From assembly GCA_030390025.1 (NCBI GenBank), contig CM059432.1:146260001-146324000 (forward strand): DNA of 64,000 nucleotides, written 5' to 3'. Below the pieces are notes generated by a model. It was not told the origin of the DNA and searched no databases. It was given only the letters and a program-made list of their open reading frames with translations. How positions within the stretch are numbered: the stretch's first letter is position 1; each line of letters opens with the position of its first letter. Below are positions 49,345-63,300 of this stretch, piece after piece. Origin of the DNA: Squalus acanthias. Lineage: Eukaryota. Made by a program: the position numbers and the translations under genes.

Positions 49345-49700
49345 CTTTTTTAAAATTCGTTTATGGGATCAGGGCGTCGCTGGCAATGCCAACATTTATT
49401 GCCCATCCCTAGTTGCCGTTGAGAAGGTGGTGGTGAGCCGCCTTCTTGAACCGCTGCAGTCAATGTGGTGATGGTGCTCCCACAGTGCTGTTAGGGAGGG
49501 AGTTCCAGGATTTTGACCCAGCGACGATGAAGGATCGGCGATATATTTCTAAGTCAGGATGGTGTGTGACTTGGGGGGGAACTTGGAGGTGGTGGTGTTC
49601 CCATGCACCTGCTGCCCTTGTCCTTCTAGGTGGAAGAGGTCGCGGGTTTGGGAGGTGCTGCCGAAGAAGCCTTGGCGAGTTGCTGCAGTGCATCTTGTAG
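49345..49700 (-). mobile_element. LINE-B 3' fragment
   Basis: YKMHCSNSPRLLRQHLPNP; shared tail. Confidence 0.9.
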
Positions 49701-50011
49701 TGCACCTGGGTTTGATCTGTTTAATTTTACCTCATACCAATATTGGATGAATCTTTGCCTTTACATTTTGAACAATGAAGTTGAATGTAGTTTGTTCTTG
49801 AGAAACACACAAGCTTCAGCATCAAGGAGGAAAGCAATGCGATTTGTTGAACTTTGTCGTCATCTGCTGGTTGTTATGAACAGCCGACATTTACTGGAGA
49901 CAGAGGTTTGTTCGGCAGTGGAGTTCTGGCTGTAAGTCCATCAGATGGGACTTCTGTCACTCCAACCCCAGCACATTTTCCCGGGTCAGGCTCCTTACAT
50001 TAGTGCAGCCT

Positions 50012-52010
50012 ATAGAAACATAGAAGATAGGAGCAGGAGTAGGCCATTCAGCCCCTCGAGCCTGTTCCGCCATTTCATGAGATCATGGCTGATCATCCAA
50101 ACTCAGTACCCTGTCCCTGCTTTCTCCCCATATCCCTTGATCCCTTTAGCCTTAAGAAATATATCTAACTCCTTCTTGAATATATTTAATGAATTGGCCT
50201 CAACTGCCTTGTGTGGTAGAGAATTCCACAGGTTCACCACTCTCTGGGTGAAGAAATTCCTCCTCATCTCAGTCCTAAATGGCTTACCCCTTATCCTTAG
50301 ACTGTGACCCCTGGTTCTGGACTCCCCCGCCATCGGGAACATCCTTCCTGCATCTAGTCTGTCTAGTCCTGTTAGAATTCTATAAGTTTCAATGAGATCC
50401 CCTCTCATTCTTCTAAACTCTAGCGAATACAAGCCTAATCGACCCAATCTCTCCTCATACGTCATTTCTGCCATCCCACGTATCAGTCTGGTAAATCTTC
50501 GCTGCACTCTCTCCATGGCAAGAACATCCTTCCTCAGATAAGGCGACCAAAACTGCACACAATACTCAAGGTGTGGTCTCACCAAGGCCCTGTACAACTG
50601 CAGCAAGACATCCTTGCTCCTGTACTCGAATCCTCTCGCTATGAAGGCCAACATACCATTTGCCTTCTTAACCGTCTGCTGCACCTGCATGCTTACCTTC
50701 AGCGACTGGTGCACAAGGACACCCAGGTCTTGTTGCACTTCCCCTTTTCCCAATCTATTGCTGTTCAGATAACAATCTGTCTTCCTGTTTTTGCCACCGA
50801 AGTGGATAACCTCGCATTTATCCACATTATACTGCATTTGCCATGCATCTGCCCAATCACCCAACCTGTCCAAATCATACTGGAGTTTCTCTGCATCCTC
50901 CTCACAGCACACACGCCCACCTAGCTTTGTGTCGTCTGCAAACTTGGAGATATTACATCTAGTTCCCTCGTCTAGATAATTTATATATATTGTGAATAGC
51001 TGGGGTCCTAGCACCGATCCCTGCGGTACCCCACTAGTCACTGCCTGCCACTCGGAAAAAGACCCGTTTATTCCAACTCTTTGCTTCCTGTCTGCCAACC
51101 AGTTCTCTATCCAAGACAGTACCTTACCCCCAATCCCATGTGCTTTAACTTTGCACGCTAATCTCTTATGTGGGACCTTATCGAAAGCCTTCTGAAAGTC
51201 CAAATACACCACATCCACTGGTTCTCCCTTATCTATTCTACCAGTTACATCCTCAAAAAAATTCCAGTAGATTAGTCAAGCATGATTTACCTTTTGTAAA
51301 TCCATGTTGACTTTGTCCGATCCTGTCACTGTTTTCCAAGTGCTCTGCTATTACATCTTTCATAATGGACTCTAGCATTTTCCCCACTACCGATGTCAGG
51401 CTTACCGGTCTATAATTCCCCGTTTTCTCTCTACCACCTTTTTTAAATAGTGGGGTTACATTAGCTATCCTCCAATCCATGGGAACTGTTCCAGAGTCTA
51501 TAGAATTTTGGAAGATGACCAGCAATGCATCTACTATTTCTAGGGCCACTTCCTTAAGTACCCTAGGATGTAGATTATCAAGCCCTGGGGATTTATCGGC
51601 CTTCAATCCCGTCAATTTCCCTAACACCATTTCCCTACAAATACTGATTTCATTCAATTCCTCCCTCTCATTGGACCCTATGTTCCCCGACATCTCTGGG
51701 AGGTTATTTGTGTCCTCCTTTGTGAAGACAGAACCAAAGTATGTATTTAATTGGTCTGCCATTTCTTTGTTCCCAATTATAAACTCCCCTGATTCTGACT
51801 GCAAGGGACCTACGCTTGACTTCACCAATCTTTTTCTCTTCACATATCTATAGAAGCTTTTACAGTCAGTTTTTATGTTCCCTGCAAGCTTACTCTCATA
51901 ATCTATTTTCCCCCTCTTAATTAATCCCTTTGTCCTCCTTTGCTGAATCCTAAACTGCTCCCAATCCTCAGGTTTGCTGCTTTTTCTGGCCAAATTATAT
52001 GTCCTCTTCT
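50012..52010 (-). mobile_element. CR1 LINE, ~2 kb, same subfamily as 1588-2680
   Basis: ORFs 51253..51993 and 50103..51218 separated by one frameshift; near-identical protein to 1469..2590. Confidence 0.95.
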
Positions 52011-52069
52011 ATTGGCAGTTTATCTCTGGAGTGAGGCAGAATCGACCGTGCAGCAGCATTTAACTGGCT

Positions 52070-52390
52070 CCAGCAGCTTAAAGGGACAGGCCACAGTGTT
52101 AGAAGCTGGAAAAAAAATCAAGAGTCGCAAAGAAGCATATCTGAGAGTGCTGCTGCAGGGCATGGAGCCCCCAAATTCTCTGACTCCTCCATAAAGATTT
52201 TCCAAGCCTAAATAAAGGTCAGGAGTGAGCAGTTGTTTGGGATCAAGAGAAGGAGGCCAATTAAAGGCTTGCTCCAGGCCCAATGGAAGGAGGTTGCCTT
52301 GGAGTCAGTGCCACCTCCTCAGCTTCCCGCATGACAATTCAGTGCAAGGAAAGGTTCGCGACTTTGCCAAGGCAGTGAGAGGAGGCTGCC
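52070..52390 (+). pseudogene. Very degenerate Harbinger Myb/SANT exon-1 remnant
   Basis: APKFSDSS...EVA...QCKERF remnants preceded by CTTAAAGGG box. Confidence 0.45.
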
Positions 52391-52627
52391 AGATGGTACA
52401 ATAAGCACCTTTCCCATGAAGTAGATTGACTTCAATGGAAAGGAAAATTGTGTGGGGTGTAAATGGGCAGCTGATCTCTTATACATCCCCACCAAAGCCC
52501 ATTAAGTGTTTGCATTCTTATATCACTCAGCAGAATTCCGAGGTTATATTTTATGCTCTGAGAAATGAAGGATGCTTGTGCTGGAGAATGGAATCCAAGT
52601 CCGGTATAGCAGGGAAGGTGCAATCAG

Positions 52628-53105
52628 GCAGCAGTGTTCAGCTGTGGCTCAGTGGGCAGCACTCTCGCCTCTGAGTCAGAAGGCTGTGGGTTCAAGTCCC
52701 ACTCCAGAAACTTGAGCACATAAAGCTAGGCTGACACTCCCAGTGCAGTACTGAGGGAGCGCTGCACTGTCGGAGGTGCCGTCTTTCGGATGAGATGTTA
52801 AACCGAGGCCCCGTCTGCTCTCTCAGGTGGAGGTAAAAGATCCCATGGCACTATTTGGAAGAAGAGCCGGGGAGTTATCCCCGGTGTCCTGGCCAATATT
52901 TATCCCTCAATCAACATCACTAAGACAGATTATCTGGTTATTATCACATTGCTGTTTGTGGGAGCTTGCTGTGCACAAATTGGCTGCCGTGTTTCCCACA
53001 TTACAACAGTGACTGCACTTCAAAAAGTACTTCATTGGCTGCAAAGTGCCTTGAGATGTCCGGTGGTCGTGAAAGGCGCGATAGAAATGCAAGTCTTTCT
53101 TTCTA
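52628..53105 (+). mobile_element. tRNA-derived DeuSINE (SacSINE1-like), full length
   Basis: A box TGGCTCAGTGG, B box GGTTCAAGTCC, Deu-domain-like centre, L2-like 3' end AAGGCGCGATAGAAATGCAAG(TCTT)n; family name from recall. Confidence 0.85.
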
Positions 53106-53496
53106 TTGAGGAGTCATGAGGATTTCTTGTTATGGTTCCTCGGTTAAACTAGATATTGGACGGTAAAGCTACTCTCCCATTCAAAGGGACTTGAAGTCCA
53201 TTTATGGGAGTGATTAGTGACACTGCATCTGAGGGGGTCCTAAAATTGCTTTGAGCTTCCTCAGTCTCAATGTCCAGCGGAACCATGCTGCGCCAGGACC
53301 CCAAAGACCAGGACATTTTTAAAAAAAGAACAGAATTTTTGGCTTGGTCCCTGTGCTCAAGGGACTGAGGGGACATTGCTTGGGGTTGGAATCTCAGCAA
53401 CTCTCCTTCCTCGCGCGGGTGCTGGAGTTTCCAGCTAACATGGGAGGGGGGGGGCAGTGCTGGAGAGCGCTGAAATAACACTTGTGCTCGACTGTC

Positions 53497-53685
53497 TTAT
53501 AAGAACATAAGAATATAAGAAATAAGAGCAGGAGTAGGCCATACGGCCCCTCAAGCCTGCTCCGCCATTCAATAAGATCATGGCTGATCATCGACCTCAG
53601 CTCCACTTTCCCGCCCGGTCTCCATATCCCTTGATTCCCCGAGAGTCCAAAAATCTATCTATCTCAGCCATGAATATTAATAATG
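53497..53685 (-). mobile_element. CR1 3' UTR fragment with (CATAAGAA)n tail
   Basis: GGAGTAGGCCATACGGCCCCTCAAGCCTGCTCCGCC. Confidence 0.85.
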
Positions 53686-54302
53686 ATGTAAATGAGTGCC
53701 CTTGCACTGACCCTACAAACTGCACTGGAGGGTAATTTCCAAAATCAGGACCTGAGTGATTTCAGGGCCAGAATAACTCGTGCGGATCTGAAATCAATGG
53801 CACCTCTCCTGAATGAAGACTCTTGCTTGGGGGACAGTTCAATGGATATTGGCAGCCCTTTGACCTTACTCAAAATGCCTTCAATGGGGGCTGAAAACGT
53901 AAAGTCAATTTTCATAAAGCTATCAGGAGGCGGGACAGGGAAGCTGGCAGCCAACTCACTCACAGGGGGCGTTACCTCAATTAAAATAATGTAATGAGGC
54001 TGGAAGCCTCTATTTTTTCCTTTCCATTTTAAATTTAACTGCATGTGGACTGGTTTCATCAATGTTGTGAAAACCGACAGTTAAACAATGGGTGGAACTA
54101 CTGCATCCAGGAGGTAAGTGGCTTTATACCTACCTCCTGGCCCCAGGCACCTGACCATACAAACCCCCGGCCCCGAGCCCTCCAATCACCAACAGGCCTT
54201 CCAGCAAATCGGTAGGGCCAGCGGGAAACCCGGCCTCCCAGGTGTCCCACCTGCCTCTGAGCCAATCCGTCTCCAAACCGCCAACCTGGAGAAAATCGCA
54301 GC

Positions 54303-57300
54303 CTCTATTGTTCAGTCTCTCTCTCTCTCTCTCATTGTTCAGTCTCTCTCTCTCTCATTGTTCAGTCTCTCTCTCTCATTGTTCAGTCTCTCTCTCATTG
54401 TTCAGTCTCTCTCTCTCTCATTGTTCAGTCTCTCTCTCTCTCATTGTTCAGTCTCTCTCTCTCTCATTGTTCAGTCTCTCTCTCTCTCTCATTGTTCAGT
54501 CTCTCTCTCTCTCATTGTTCAGTCTCTCTCTCATTGTTCAGTCTCTCTCTCTCTCTCATTGTTCAGTCTCTCTCTCTCTCATTGTTCAGTCTCTCTCTCT
54601 CTCATTGTTCAGTCTCTCTCTCTCTCATTGTTCAGTCTCTCTCTCTCTCATTGTTCAGTCTCTCTCTCTCTCTCATTGTTCAGTCTCTCTCTCTCTCTCA
54701 TTGTTCAGTCTCTCTCTCTCTCATTGTTCAGTCTCTCTCTCTCTCATTGTTCAGTCTCTCTCTCTCTCTCTCTCTCTCATTGTTCAGTCTCTCTCTCTCT
54801 CATTGTTCAGTCTCTCTCTCTCTCTCTCATTGTTCAGTCTCTCTTCTCTCTCATTGTTCAGTCTCTCTCTCTCTCTCTCATTGTTCAGTCTCTCTCTCTC
54901 TCATTGTTCAGTCTCTCTCTCCTCTCTCTCATTGTTCAGTCTCTCTCTCTCTCATTGTTCAGTCTCTCTCTCTCTCTCATTGTTCAGTCTCTCTCTCTCT
55001 CATTGTTCAGTCTCTCTCTCTCTCTCATTGTTCAGTCTCTCTCCTCTCTCATTGTTCAGTCTCTCTCTCTCTCTCATTGTTCAGTCTCTCTCTCTCTCTC
55101 ATTGTTCAGTCTCTCTCTCTCTCATTGTTCAGTCTCTCTCTCTCTCTCATTGTTCAGTCTCTCTCTCTCTTCATTGTTCAGTCTCTCTCTCTCATTGTTC
55201 AGTCTCTCTCTCTCTCTCTCATTGTTCAGTCTCTCTCTCTCTCATTGTTCAGTCTCTCTCTCTCTCTATTGTTCAGTCTCTCTCTCTCTCTCTATTGTTC
55301 AGTCTCTCTCTCTCTCATTGTTCAGTCTCTCTCTCCTCTCTCTCATTGTTCAGTCTCTCTCTCTCTCTCATTGTTCAGTCTCTCTCTCTCTCTCATTGTT
55401 CAGTCTCTCTCTCTCTCATTGTTCAGTCTCTCTCTCATTGTTCAGTCTCTCTCTCTCTCTCTCATTGTTCAGTCTCTCTCTCTCATTGTTCAGTCTCTCT
55501 CTCTCTCTCTCATTGTTCAGTCTCTCTCTCTCTTCATTGTTCAGTCTCTCTCTCTTCTCTCATTGTTCAGTCTCTCTCTCTCTCTTCATTGTTCAGTCTC
55601 TCTCTCTCTCATTGTTCAGTCCTCCTCTCTCTCATTGTTCAGTCTCTCTCTCTCTCTCTCATTGTTCAGTCTCTCTCTCTCTCATTGTTCAGTCTCTCTC
55701 TCTCTCTCTCTTTCGTCTCTCTCTCTCTCTCATTGTTCAGTCTCTCTCTCTCTCATTGTTCAGTCTCTCTCTCTCTCATTGTTCAGTCTCTCTCTCTCTC
55801 ATTGTTCAGTCTCTCTCTCTTCATTGTTCAGTCTCTCTCTCTCTCATTGTTCAGTCTTCTCTCTCTCTCATTGTTCAGTCTCTCTCTCTTCTCATTTGTT
55901 CAGTCTCTCTCTCTCTCATCTGTCAGTCTCTCTCTCTCATTGTTCAGTCTCTCTCCTCTCTCATTGTTCAGTCTCTCTCTCATTGTTCAGTCTCTCTCTC
56001 TCTCATTGTTCAGTCTCTCTCTCTTTCATTGTTCAGTCTCTCTCTCTCATTGTTCAGTCTCTCTCTCTCTATTGTTCAGTCTCTCTCTCTCATTGTTCAG
56101 TCTCTCTCTCTCTCATTGTTCCGTCTCTCTCTCTCTCTCTCTCTCATTGTTCTGTCTCTCTCTCTCTCTCATTGTTCAGTCTCTCTCTCTCATTGTTCAG
56201 TCTCTCTCTCTCTCATTGTTCGTCTCTCTCTCTCTCTCTCTCATTGTACAGTCTCTCTCTTCTCTCATTGTTCAGTCTCTCTCTCTCTCATTGTTCAGTC
56301 TCTCTCTCCTCATTGTTCAGTCCTCTCTCTCTCTCATTGTTCAGTCTCTCTCCTCTCTCATTGTTCAGTCTCTCTCTCTCTCTCTCAATTGTTCAGTCTC
56401 TCTCTCTCTCATTGTTCAGTCTCTCTCTCTCTCATTGTTCAGTCTCTCTCTCTCTCATTGTTCAGTCTCTCTCTCTCTCTCATTGTTCAGTCTCTCTCTC
56501 TCATTGTTCAGTCTCTCTCTCTCTCTCATTGTTCAGTCTCTCTCTCTCATTGTTCAGTCTCTCTCTCTCATTGTTCAGTCTCTCTCTCTCTCATTGTTCA
56601 GTCTCTCTCTCTCTCATTGTTCAGTCTCTCTCTCTCTCCTCTCATTGTTCAGTCTCTCTCTCTCTCGCTCTCATTGTTCAGTCTCTCTCTCTCTCTCTCA
56701 TTGTTCAGTCTCTCTCTCTCTCTCATTGTTCAGTCTCTCTCTCTCTCTCATTGTTCAGTCTCTCTCTCTCTCTCATTGTTCAGTCTCTCTCTCTCTCATT
56801 GTTCAGTCTCTCTCTCTCTCTCATTGTTCAGTCTCTCTCTCTCTCATTGTTCAGTCTCTCTCTCTCTCTATTGTTCAGTCTCTCTCTCTCTCATTGTTCA
56901 GCGTCTCTCTCTCTCTCATTGTTCAGTCTCTCTCATTGTTCAGTCTCTCTCTCTCTCTATTGTTCAGTCTCTCTCTCTCTCATTGTTCAGTCTCTCTCTC
57001 TCTCATTGTTCAGTCTCTCTCTCTCATTGTTCAGTCTCTCTCTCTCTCATTGTTCAGTCTCTCTCTCTCTCTATTGTTCAGTCTCTCTCTCTCATTGTTC
57101 AGTCTCTCTCTCTCTCTATTGTTCAGTCTCTCTCTCTCATTGTTCAGTCTCTCTCTCTCTCATTGTTCAGTCTCTCTCTCTCTCTCTATTGTTCAGTCTC
57201 TCTCTCTCATTGTTCAGTATCTCTCTCTCTCTCATTGTTCAGTCTCTCTCTCTCTCTCTCTATTGTTCAGTCTCTCTCTCTCTCTCATTGTTTATTCTCT

Positions 57301-60300
57301 CTCTCTCTCTCATTGTTCAGTCTCTCTCTCTCTCATTGTTCAGTCTCTCTCTCTCTCATTGTTCAGTCTCTCTCTCTCTCTCATTGTTCAGTCTCTCTCT
57401 CTCTCTCATTGTTCAGTCTCTCTCTCTCTCTCATTGTTCAGTCTCTCTCTCTCTCTCTCTCATTGTTCAGTCTCTCTCTCTCTCTCATTGTTCAGTCTCT
57501 CTCTCTCATTGTTCAGTCTCTCTCTCTCTCTCATTGTTCAGTCTCTCTCTCTCTCATTGTTTATTCTCTCTCTCTCTCTCATTGTTCAGTCTCTCTCTCT
57601 CTCATTGTTCAGTCTCTCTCTCTCTCATTGTTCAGTCTCTCTCTCTCTCTTCATTGTTCAGTCTCTCTCTCTCTCTCATTGTTCAGTCTCTCTCTCTCTC
57701 TCATTGTTCAGTCTCTCTCTCTCTCTCTCTCATTGTTCAGTCTCTCTCTCTCTCTCTCATTGTTCAGTCTCTCTCTCTCTTTGTTCTCTCTCTCTCTCTC
57801 TCTTCATTGTTCAGTCTCTCTCTCTCTCATTGTTCACTCTCTCTCTCTCATTGTTCAGTCTCTCTCTCTCTCATTGTTCAGTCTCTCTCTCTCTCATTGT
57901 TCAGTCTCTCTCTCTCATTGTTCAGTCTCTCTCTCTCTCTCTCTCATTTTTCAGTCTCTCTCTCTCATTGTTCAGTCTCTCTCTCTCTCATTGTTCAGTC
58001 TCTCTCTCTCTCTCTCATTGTTCAGTCTCTCTCTCTCTCTCTCTCTCATTGTTCAGTCTCTCTCTCTCTCATTGTTCAGTCTCTCTCTCTCATTGTTCAG
58101 TCTCTCTCTCTCATTGTTCAGTCTCTCTCTCTCTCTCTCATTGTTCAGTCTCTCTCTCTCTCATTGTTCAGTCTCTCTCTCTCTCTCTCATTGTTCAGTC
58201 TCTCTCTCTCTCACTGTTCAGTCTCTCTCTCTCTCTCATTGTTCAGTCTCTCTCTCTCTCTCATTGTTCAGTCTCTCTCTCTCTCATTGTTGNNNNNNNN
58301 NNNNNNNNNNNNNNNNNNNNNNNNNNNNNNNNNNNNNNNNNNTCTCTCTCTCTCTCTCTCATTGTTCAGTCTCTCTCTCTCATTGTTCAGTCTCTCTCTC
58401 TCTCTCTCATTGTTCAGCGTCTCTCTCTCTCTCTCTCATTGTTCAGTCTCTCTCTCTCTCATTGTTCAGTCTCTCTCTCTCATTGTTCAGTCTCTCTCTC
58501 TCTCATTGTTCAGTGTCTCTCTCTCTCTCTCATTGTTCAGTCTCTCTCTCTCTCATTGTTCAGTCTCTCTCTCTCTCTCATTGTTCAGTCTCTCTCTCTC
58601 TCTCTCATTGTTCAGTCTCTGTCTCTCTCTCTCATTGTTCAGTCTCTCTTTCTCTCTCTCTATTGTTCAGTCTCTCTCTCTCTCTCTCATTGTTCAATCT
58701 CTCTCTCTCTCTCATTGTTCAGTCTCCCTCTCTCTCATTGTTCAGTCTCTCTCTCTCTCTTATTGTTCAGTCTCTCTCTCTCATTGTTCAGTCTCTCTCT
58801 CTCTCTCTTATTGTTCAGTCTCTCTCTCTCATTGTTCAGTCTCTCTCTCTCTCTCTTATTGTTCAGTCTCTCTCTCTCATTGTTCAGTCTTTCTCTCTCT
58901 CATTGTTCAGTCTCTGTCTCTCTCACATTGTTCCGTCTCACTCTCTCTCTTATTGTTCTGTCTCTCTCTCTCTATCTCTCTTATTGTTCAGTCTCTCTCT
59001 CTCTCTCTTGTTCAGTCTCTCTCTCTCTCTCTCTCTCTTATTGTTCAGTCTCTCTCTCTCTCTCATTGTTCAGTCTCTCTCTCTCTCTCTCTCATTGTTC
59101 AGTCTCTCTCTCTCTCTCATTGTTCAGTCTCTCTCTCTCTCATTGTTCAGTCTCTCTCTCATTGTTCAGTCTCTCTCTCTCTCTCTCTCATTGTTCAGTC
59201 TCTCTCTCTCTCATTGTTCAGTCTCTCTCTCTCATTGTTCAGTCTCTCTCTCTCTCTCTCTCATTGTTCAGCCTCTCTCTCTCTCATTGTTCAGTCTCTC
59301 TCTCTCTCATTGTTCAGTCTCTCTCTCTCTCTCTCATTGTTCAGTCTCTCTCTCATTGTTCAGTCTCTCTCTCTCTCATTGTTCAGTCTCTCTCTCTCAT
59401 TGTATCAGTCTCTCTCTCTCTCTCTCATTGTTCAGTCTCTCTCTCTCTCATTGTTCAAGTCTCTCTCTCTCTCATAGTTCAGTCTCTCTCTCTCTCATTG
59501 TTCAGGTCTCTCTCTCTCTCATTGTTCAGTCTCTCTCTCTCATTGTTCAGGCTCTCTCTCTCTCTCATTGTTCAGTCTCTCTCTCTCATTGTTCAGTCCC
59601 TCCTGTCTCTCTCTCTCATTGTTCAGTCTCTCTCTCTCATTGTTCAGTCTCTCTCTCTCTCTCATTGTTCAGTCTCTCTCACTCATTGTTCAGTCTCTCT
59701 CTCTCTCTATTGTTCAGTCTCTCTCTCTCTCTCATTGTTCAGTTCTCTCTCTCTCTCATTGTTCAGTCTCTCTCTCTCATTGTTCAGTCTCTCTCTCTCA
59801 TTGTTCAGTCTCTCTCTCTCATTGTGCAGTCTCTCTCTCTCTCTCTCATTGTTCAGTCTCTCTCTCTCTCATTGTTCAGTCTCTCTCTCTCTTCATTGTT
59901 CAGTCTCTCTCTCTCTCTCTCGTTGTTACAGTCTCCTCTCTCTCTCATGTTCAGTCTCTCTCTCGCTCTCATTGTTCAGTCTCTCTCTCTCATGTCAGTC
60001 TCTCTCTCTCTCTCTCATTGTTCAGTCTCTCTCTCTCTCGTTGTTCAGTCTCCTCTCTCTCATTGTTCAGTCTCTCTCTCTCTCATTGTTCAGTCTCTCT
60101 CTCATTGTTCAGTCTCTCTCTCTCTCTCTCATTGTTCAGTCTCTCTCTCTCTCTCATTGTTCAGTCTCTCTCTCTCTCATTGTTCAGTCTCTCTCTCTCT
60201 CTCATTGTTCAGTCTCTCTCTCTCTCTCATTGTTCACTCTCTCCCTCTCATTGTTCAGTCTCTCTCTCTCTCTCATTGTTCAGTCTCTCTCTCTCTCATT

Positions 60301-63300
60301 GTTCAGTCTCTCTCTCTCTCTCATTGTTCAGTCTATCTCTCTCATTGTTCAGTCTCTCTCTCTCTCTCATTTTTCAGTCTCTCTCTCTCATTGTTCAGTC
60401 TCTCTCTCATTGTTCAGTCTCTCTCTTTCTCTCTCATTGTTCAGTCTCTCTCTCTCTCTCTCTCTCTCATTGTTCAGTCTCTCTCTCTCATTGTTCAGTC
60501 TCTCTCTCTCATTGTTCAGTCTCTCTCTCTCATTGTTCAGTCTCTCTCTCTCTCTCTCATTGTTGTCTCTCTCTCTCTCATTGTTCAGTCTCTCTCTCTC
60601 TCTCATTGTTCAGTCTCTCTCTCTCTCTCATTGTTCAGTCTCTCTCTCTCTTCATTGTTCAGTCCTCTCTCTCTCTCTCATTGTTCAGTCTCTCTCTCTC
60701 TCTCTTTGTTCAGTCTCTCTCTCTCATTGTTCAGTCTCTCTCTCTCTCTCTCATTGTTCAGTCTCTCCTCTCTCTCTCATTGTCAGTCTCACTCTCTCTC
60801 TCCTCTCTCTCATTGTTCAGTCTCTCTCTCTCATTGTTCAGTCTCTATCTCTCATTGTTCAGTCTCTCTCACTCTCTCTCATTGTTCAGTCTCTCTCTCT
60901 CTCTCTCATTGTTCAGTCTCTCTCTCTCTCTCATTGTTCAGTCTCTCTCTCTCTCATTGTTCAGTCTCTCTCTCTCTCTCATTGTTCAGTCTCTCTCTCT
61001 CTCATTGTTCAGCTCTCTTCTCTCATGTTCAGTCTCTCTCTCTCTCTCTCCTCATTGTTCAGTCTCTCTCTCTCTCTCATTGTTCAGTCTCTCTCTCTCT
61101 CATTGTTCAGTCTCTCTCTCTCTCATTGTTCAGTCTCTCTCTCTCTCATAGTTCAGTCTCTCTCTCTTCATTGTTCAGTCTCTCTCTCTCTCATTGTTCA
61201 GTCTCTCTCTCTCTCTCTCATTGTTCAGTCTCTCTCTCTCTCATTGTTCAGTCTCTCTCTCTCTCATGTTCAGTCTCTCTCTCTCTCATTGTTCAGTCTC
61301 TCTCTCTCTCTCATTGTTCAGTCTCTCTCTCTCTCATTGTTCAGTCTCTCTCTCTCTCTCTTGTTCAGTCTCTCTCTCTCTCATTGTTCAGTCTCTCTCT
61401 CTCTCTCATTGTTCAGTCTCTCTCTCTCTCATTGTTCAGTCTCTCTCTCTCTCTATTGTTCAGTCTCTCTCTCTCTCTCTCATTGTTCAGTCTCTCTCTC
61501 TCTCTCATTGTTCAGTCTCTCTCTCTTCATTGTTCAGTCTCTCTCTCTCATTGTCAGTCTCTCTCTCATTGGTTCAGTCTCTCTCTCTCTCTCATTGTTC
61601 AGTCTCCTCTCTCTCTCTATTGTTCAGTCTCCTCTCTCATTGTTCAGTCTCTCTCTCTCTCTCTATTGTTCAGTCTCTCTCTCTCTCATTGTTCAGTCTC
61701 TCTCTCTCTCATTGTTCAGTCTCTCTCTCTCTCTCATTGTTCAGTCTCTCTCTCTCTCTTATTCAGTCTCTCTCTCTCTCTCTTATTGTTCAGTCTCTCT
61801 CTCTCTCTCTATTGTCAGTCTCTCCTCTCTCTCTCATTGTTCAGTCTCTCTCTCTCTCATTGTTCAGTCTCTGCCTCTCTCATTGTTCAGTCTCTCTCTC
61901 TCTCTCATTGTTCAGTCTCTCTCTCATTGCTCAGTCTCTCTCTCTCATTGTTCAGTCTCTCTCTCTCTCATTGTTCAGTCTCTCTCTCTCTCTCTCTCTA
62001 TTGTTCAGTCTCTCTCTCTCTCATTGTTCAGTCTCTCTCTCTCTCATTGTTCAGTCTCTCTCTCTCTCATTGTTCAGTCTCTCTCTCTCTCTCATTGTTC
62101 AGTCTCTCTCTCTCTCATTGTTCAGTCTCTCTCTCTCACTCTCTCTCATTGTTCAGTCTCTCTCTCTCTCATTGTTCAGTCTCTCTCTCTCATTGTTCAG
62201 TCTTCTCTCTCTCTCATTGTTCAGTCTCTCTCTCTCTCTCATTGTTCAGTCTCTCTCTCTCATTTGTTCAGCTCTCTCTCTCTCTCATTGTTCAGTCTCT
62301 CTCTCTCTCTCTCATTGTTCAGTCTCTCTCTCTCATTGTTCAGTCTCTCTCTCTCTCATTGTTCAGTCTCTCTCTCTCTCATTGTTCTGTCTCTCTCTCT
62401 CATTGTTCAGTCTCTCTCTCTCTCATTGTTCAGTCTCGTCTCTCTCTCTCATTGTTCAGTCTCTCTCTCTCTCATTGTTCAGTCTCTCTCTCTCTCTCAT
62501 TGTTCAGTCTCTCTCTCCTCTTCTCATGTTCAGTCTCTCTCTCTCTCATTGTTCAGTCTCTCTCTCTCTCTATTGTTCAGTCTCTCTCTCTCATTGTTCA
62601 GTCTCTCTCTCTCTCTTATTGTTCAGTCTCTCTCTCTCTCATTGTTCAGTCTCTCTCTCATTGCTCACTCTCTCTCTCTCTCATTGTTCAGTCTCTCTCT
62701 CTCTCTCTCTTATTGTTCAGTCTCTCTCTCTCTCTCATTGTTCAGTCTCTCTCTCTCTCTCATTGTTCTGTCTCTCTCTCTCATTGTTCAGTCTCTCTCT
62801 CTCTCTCTCTCATTGTTCTCTGTCTCTCTCTCTCTCTCTTATTGTTCAGTCTCTCTCTCTCATTGTTCAGTCTCTCTCTCTCTCATTGTTCTGTCTCTCT
62901 CTCTCATTGTTCAGTCTCTCTCTCATTGTTCAGTCTCTCTCTCTCTCTTTGTTCAGCCTCTCTCTCTCTCTCTCATTGTTCAGTCTCTCTCTCTCTCTCA
63001 TTGTTCAGTCTCTCTCTCTCTCTCATTGTTCAGTCTCTCTCTCTCTCTCATTGTTCAGTCTCTCTCTCTCTCTCATTGTTCAGTCTCTCTCTCTCTCTCT
63101 CATTGTTCAGTCTCTCTCTCTCTCATTGTTCAGTCTCTCTCTCTCTCATTGTTCAGTCTCTCTCTCTCTCATTGTTCAGACTCTCTCTCTCATTGTTCAG
63201 TCTCTCTCTCATTGTTCAGTCTCTCTCTCTCTCTCTTTGTTCAGTCTCTCTCTCTCTCTCTTTGTTCCGTCTCTCTCTCTCTCTCTCTCATTGTTCAGTC

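Noticed and set aside
52636..52706. tRNA gene
   Set aside because: A and B boxes are the head of a SINE and continue into SINE body and tail
53728..54303. Additional Harbinger-type MITE (also 37638-38796)
   Set aside because: Composition is similar but the ends do not form convincing TIRs or TSDs
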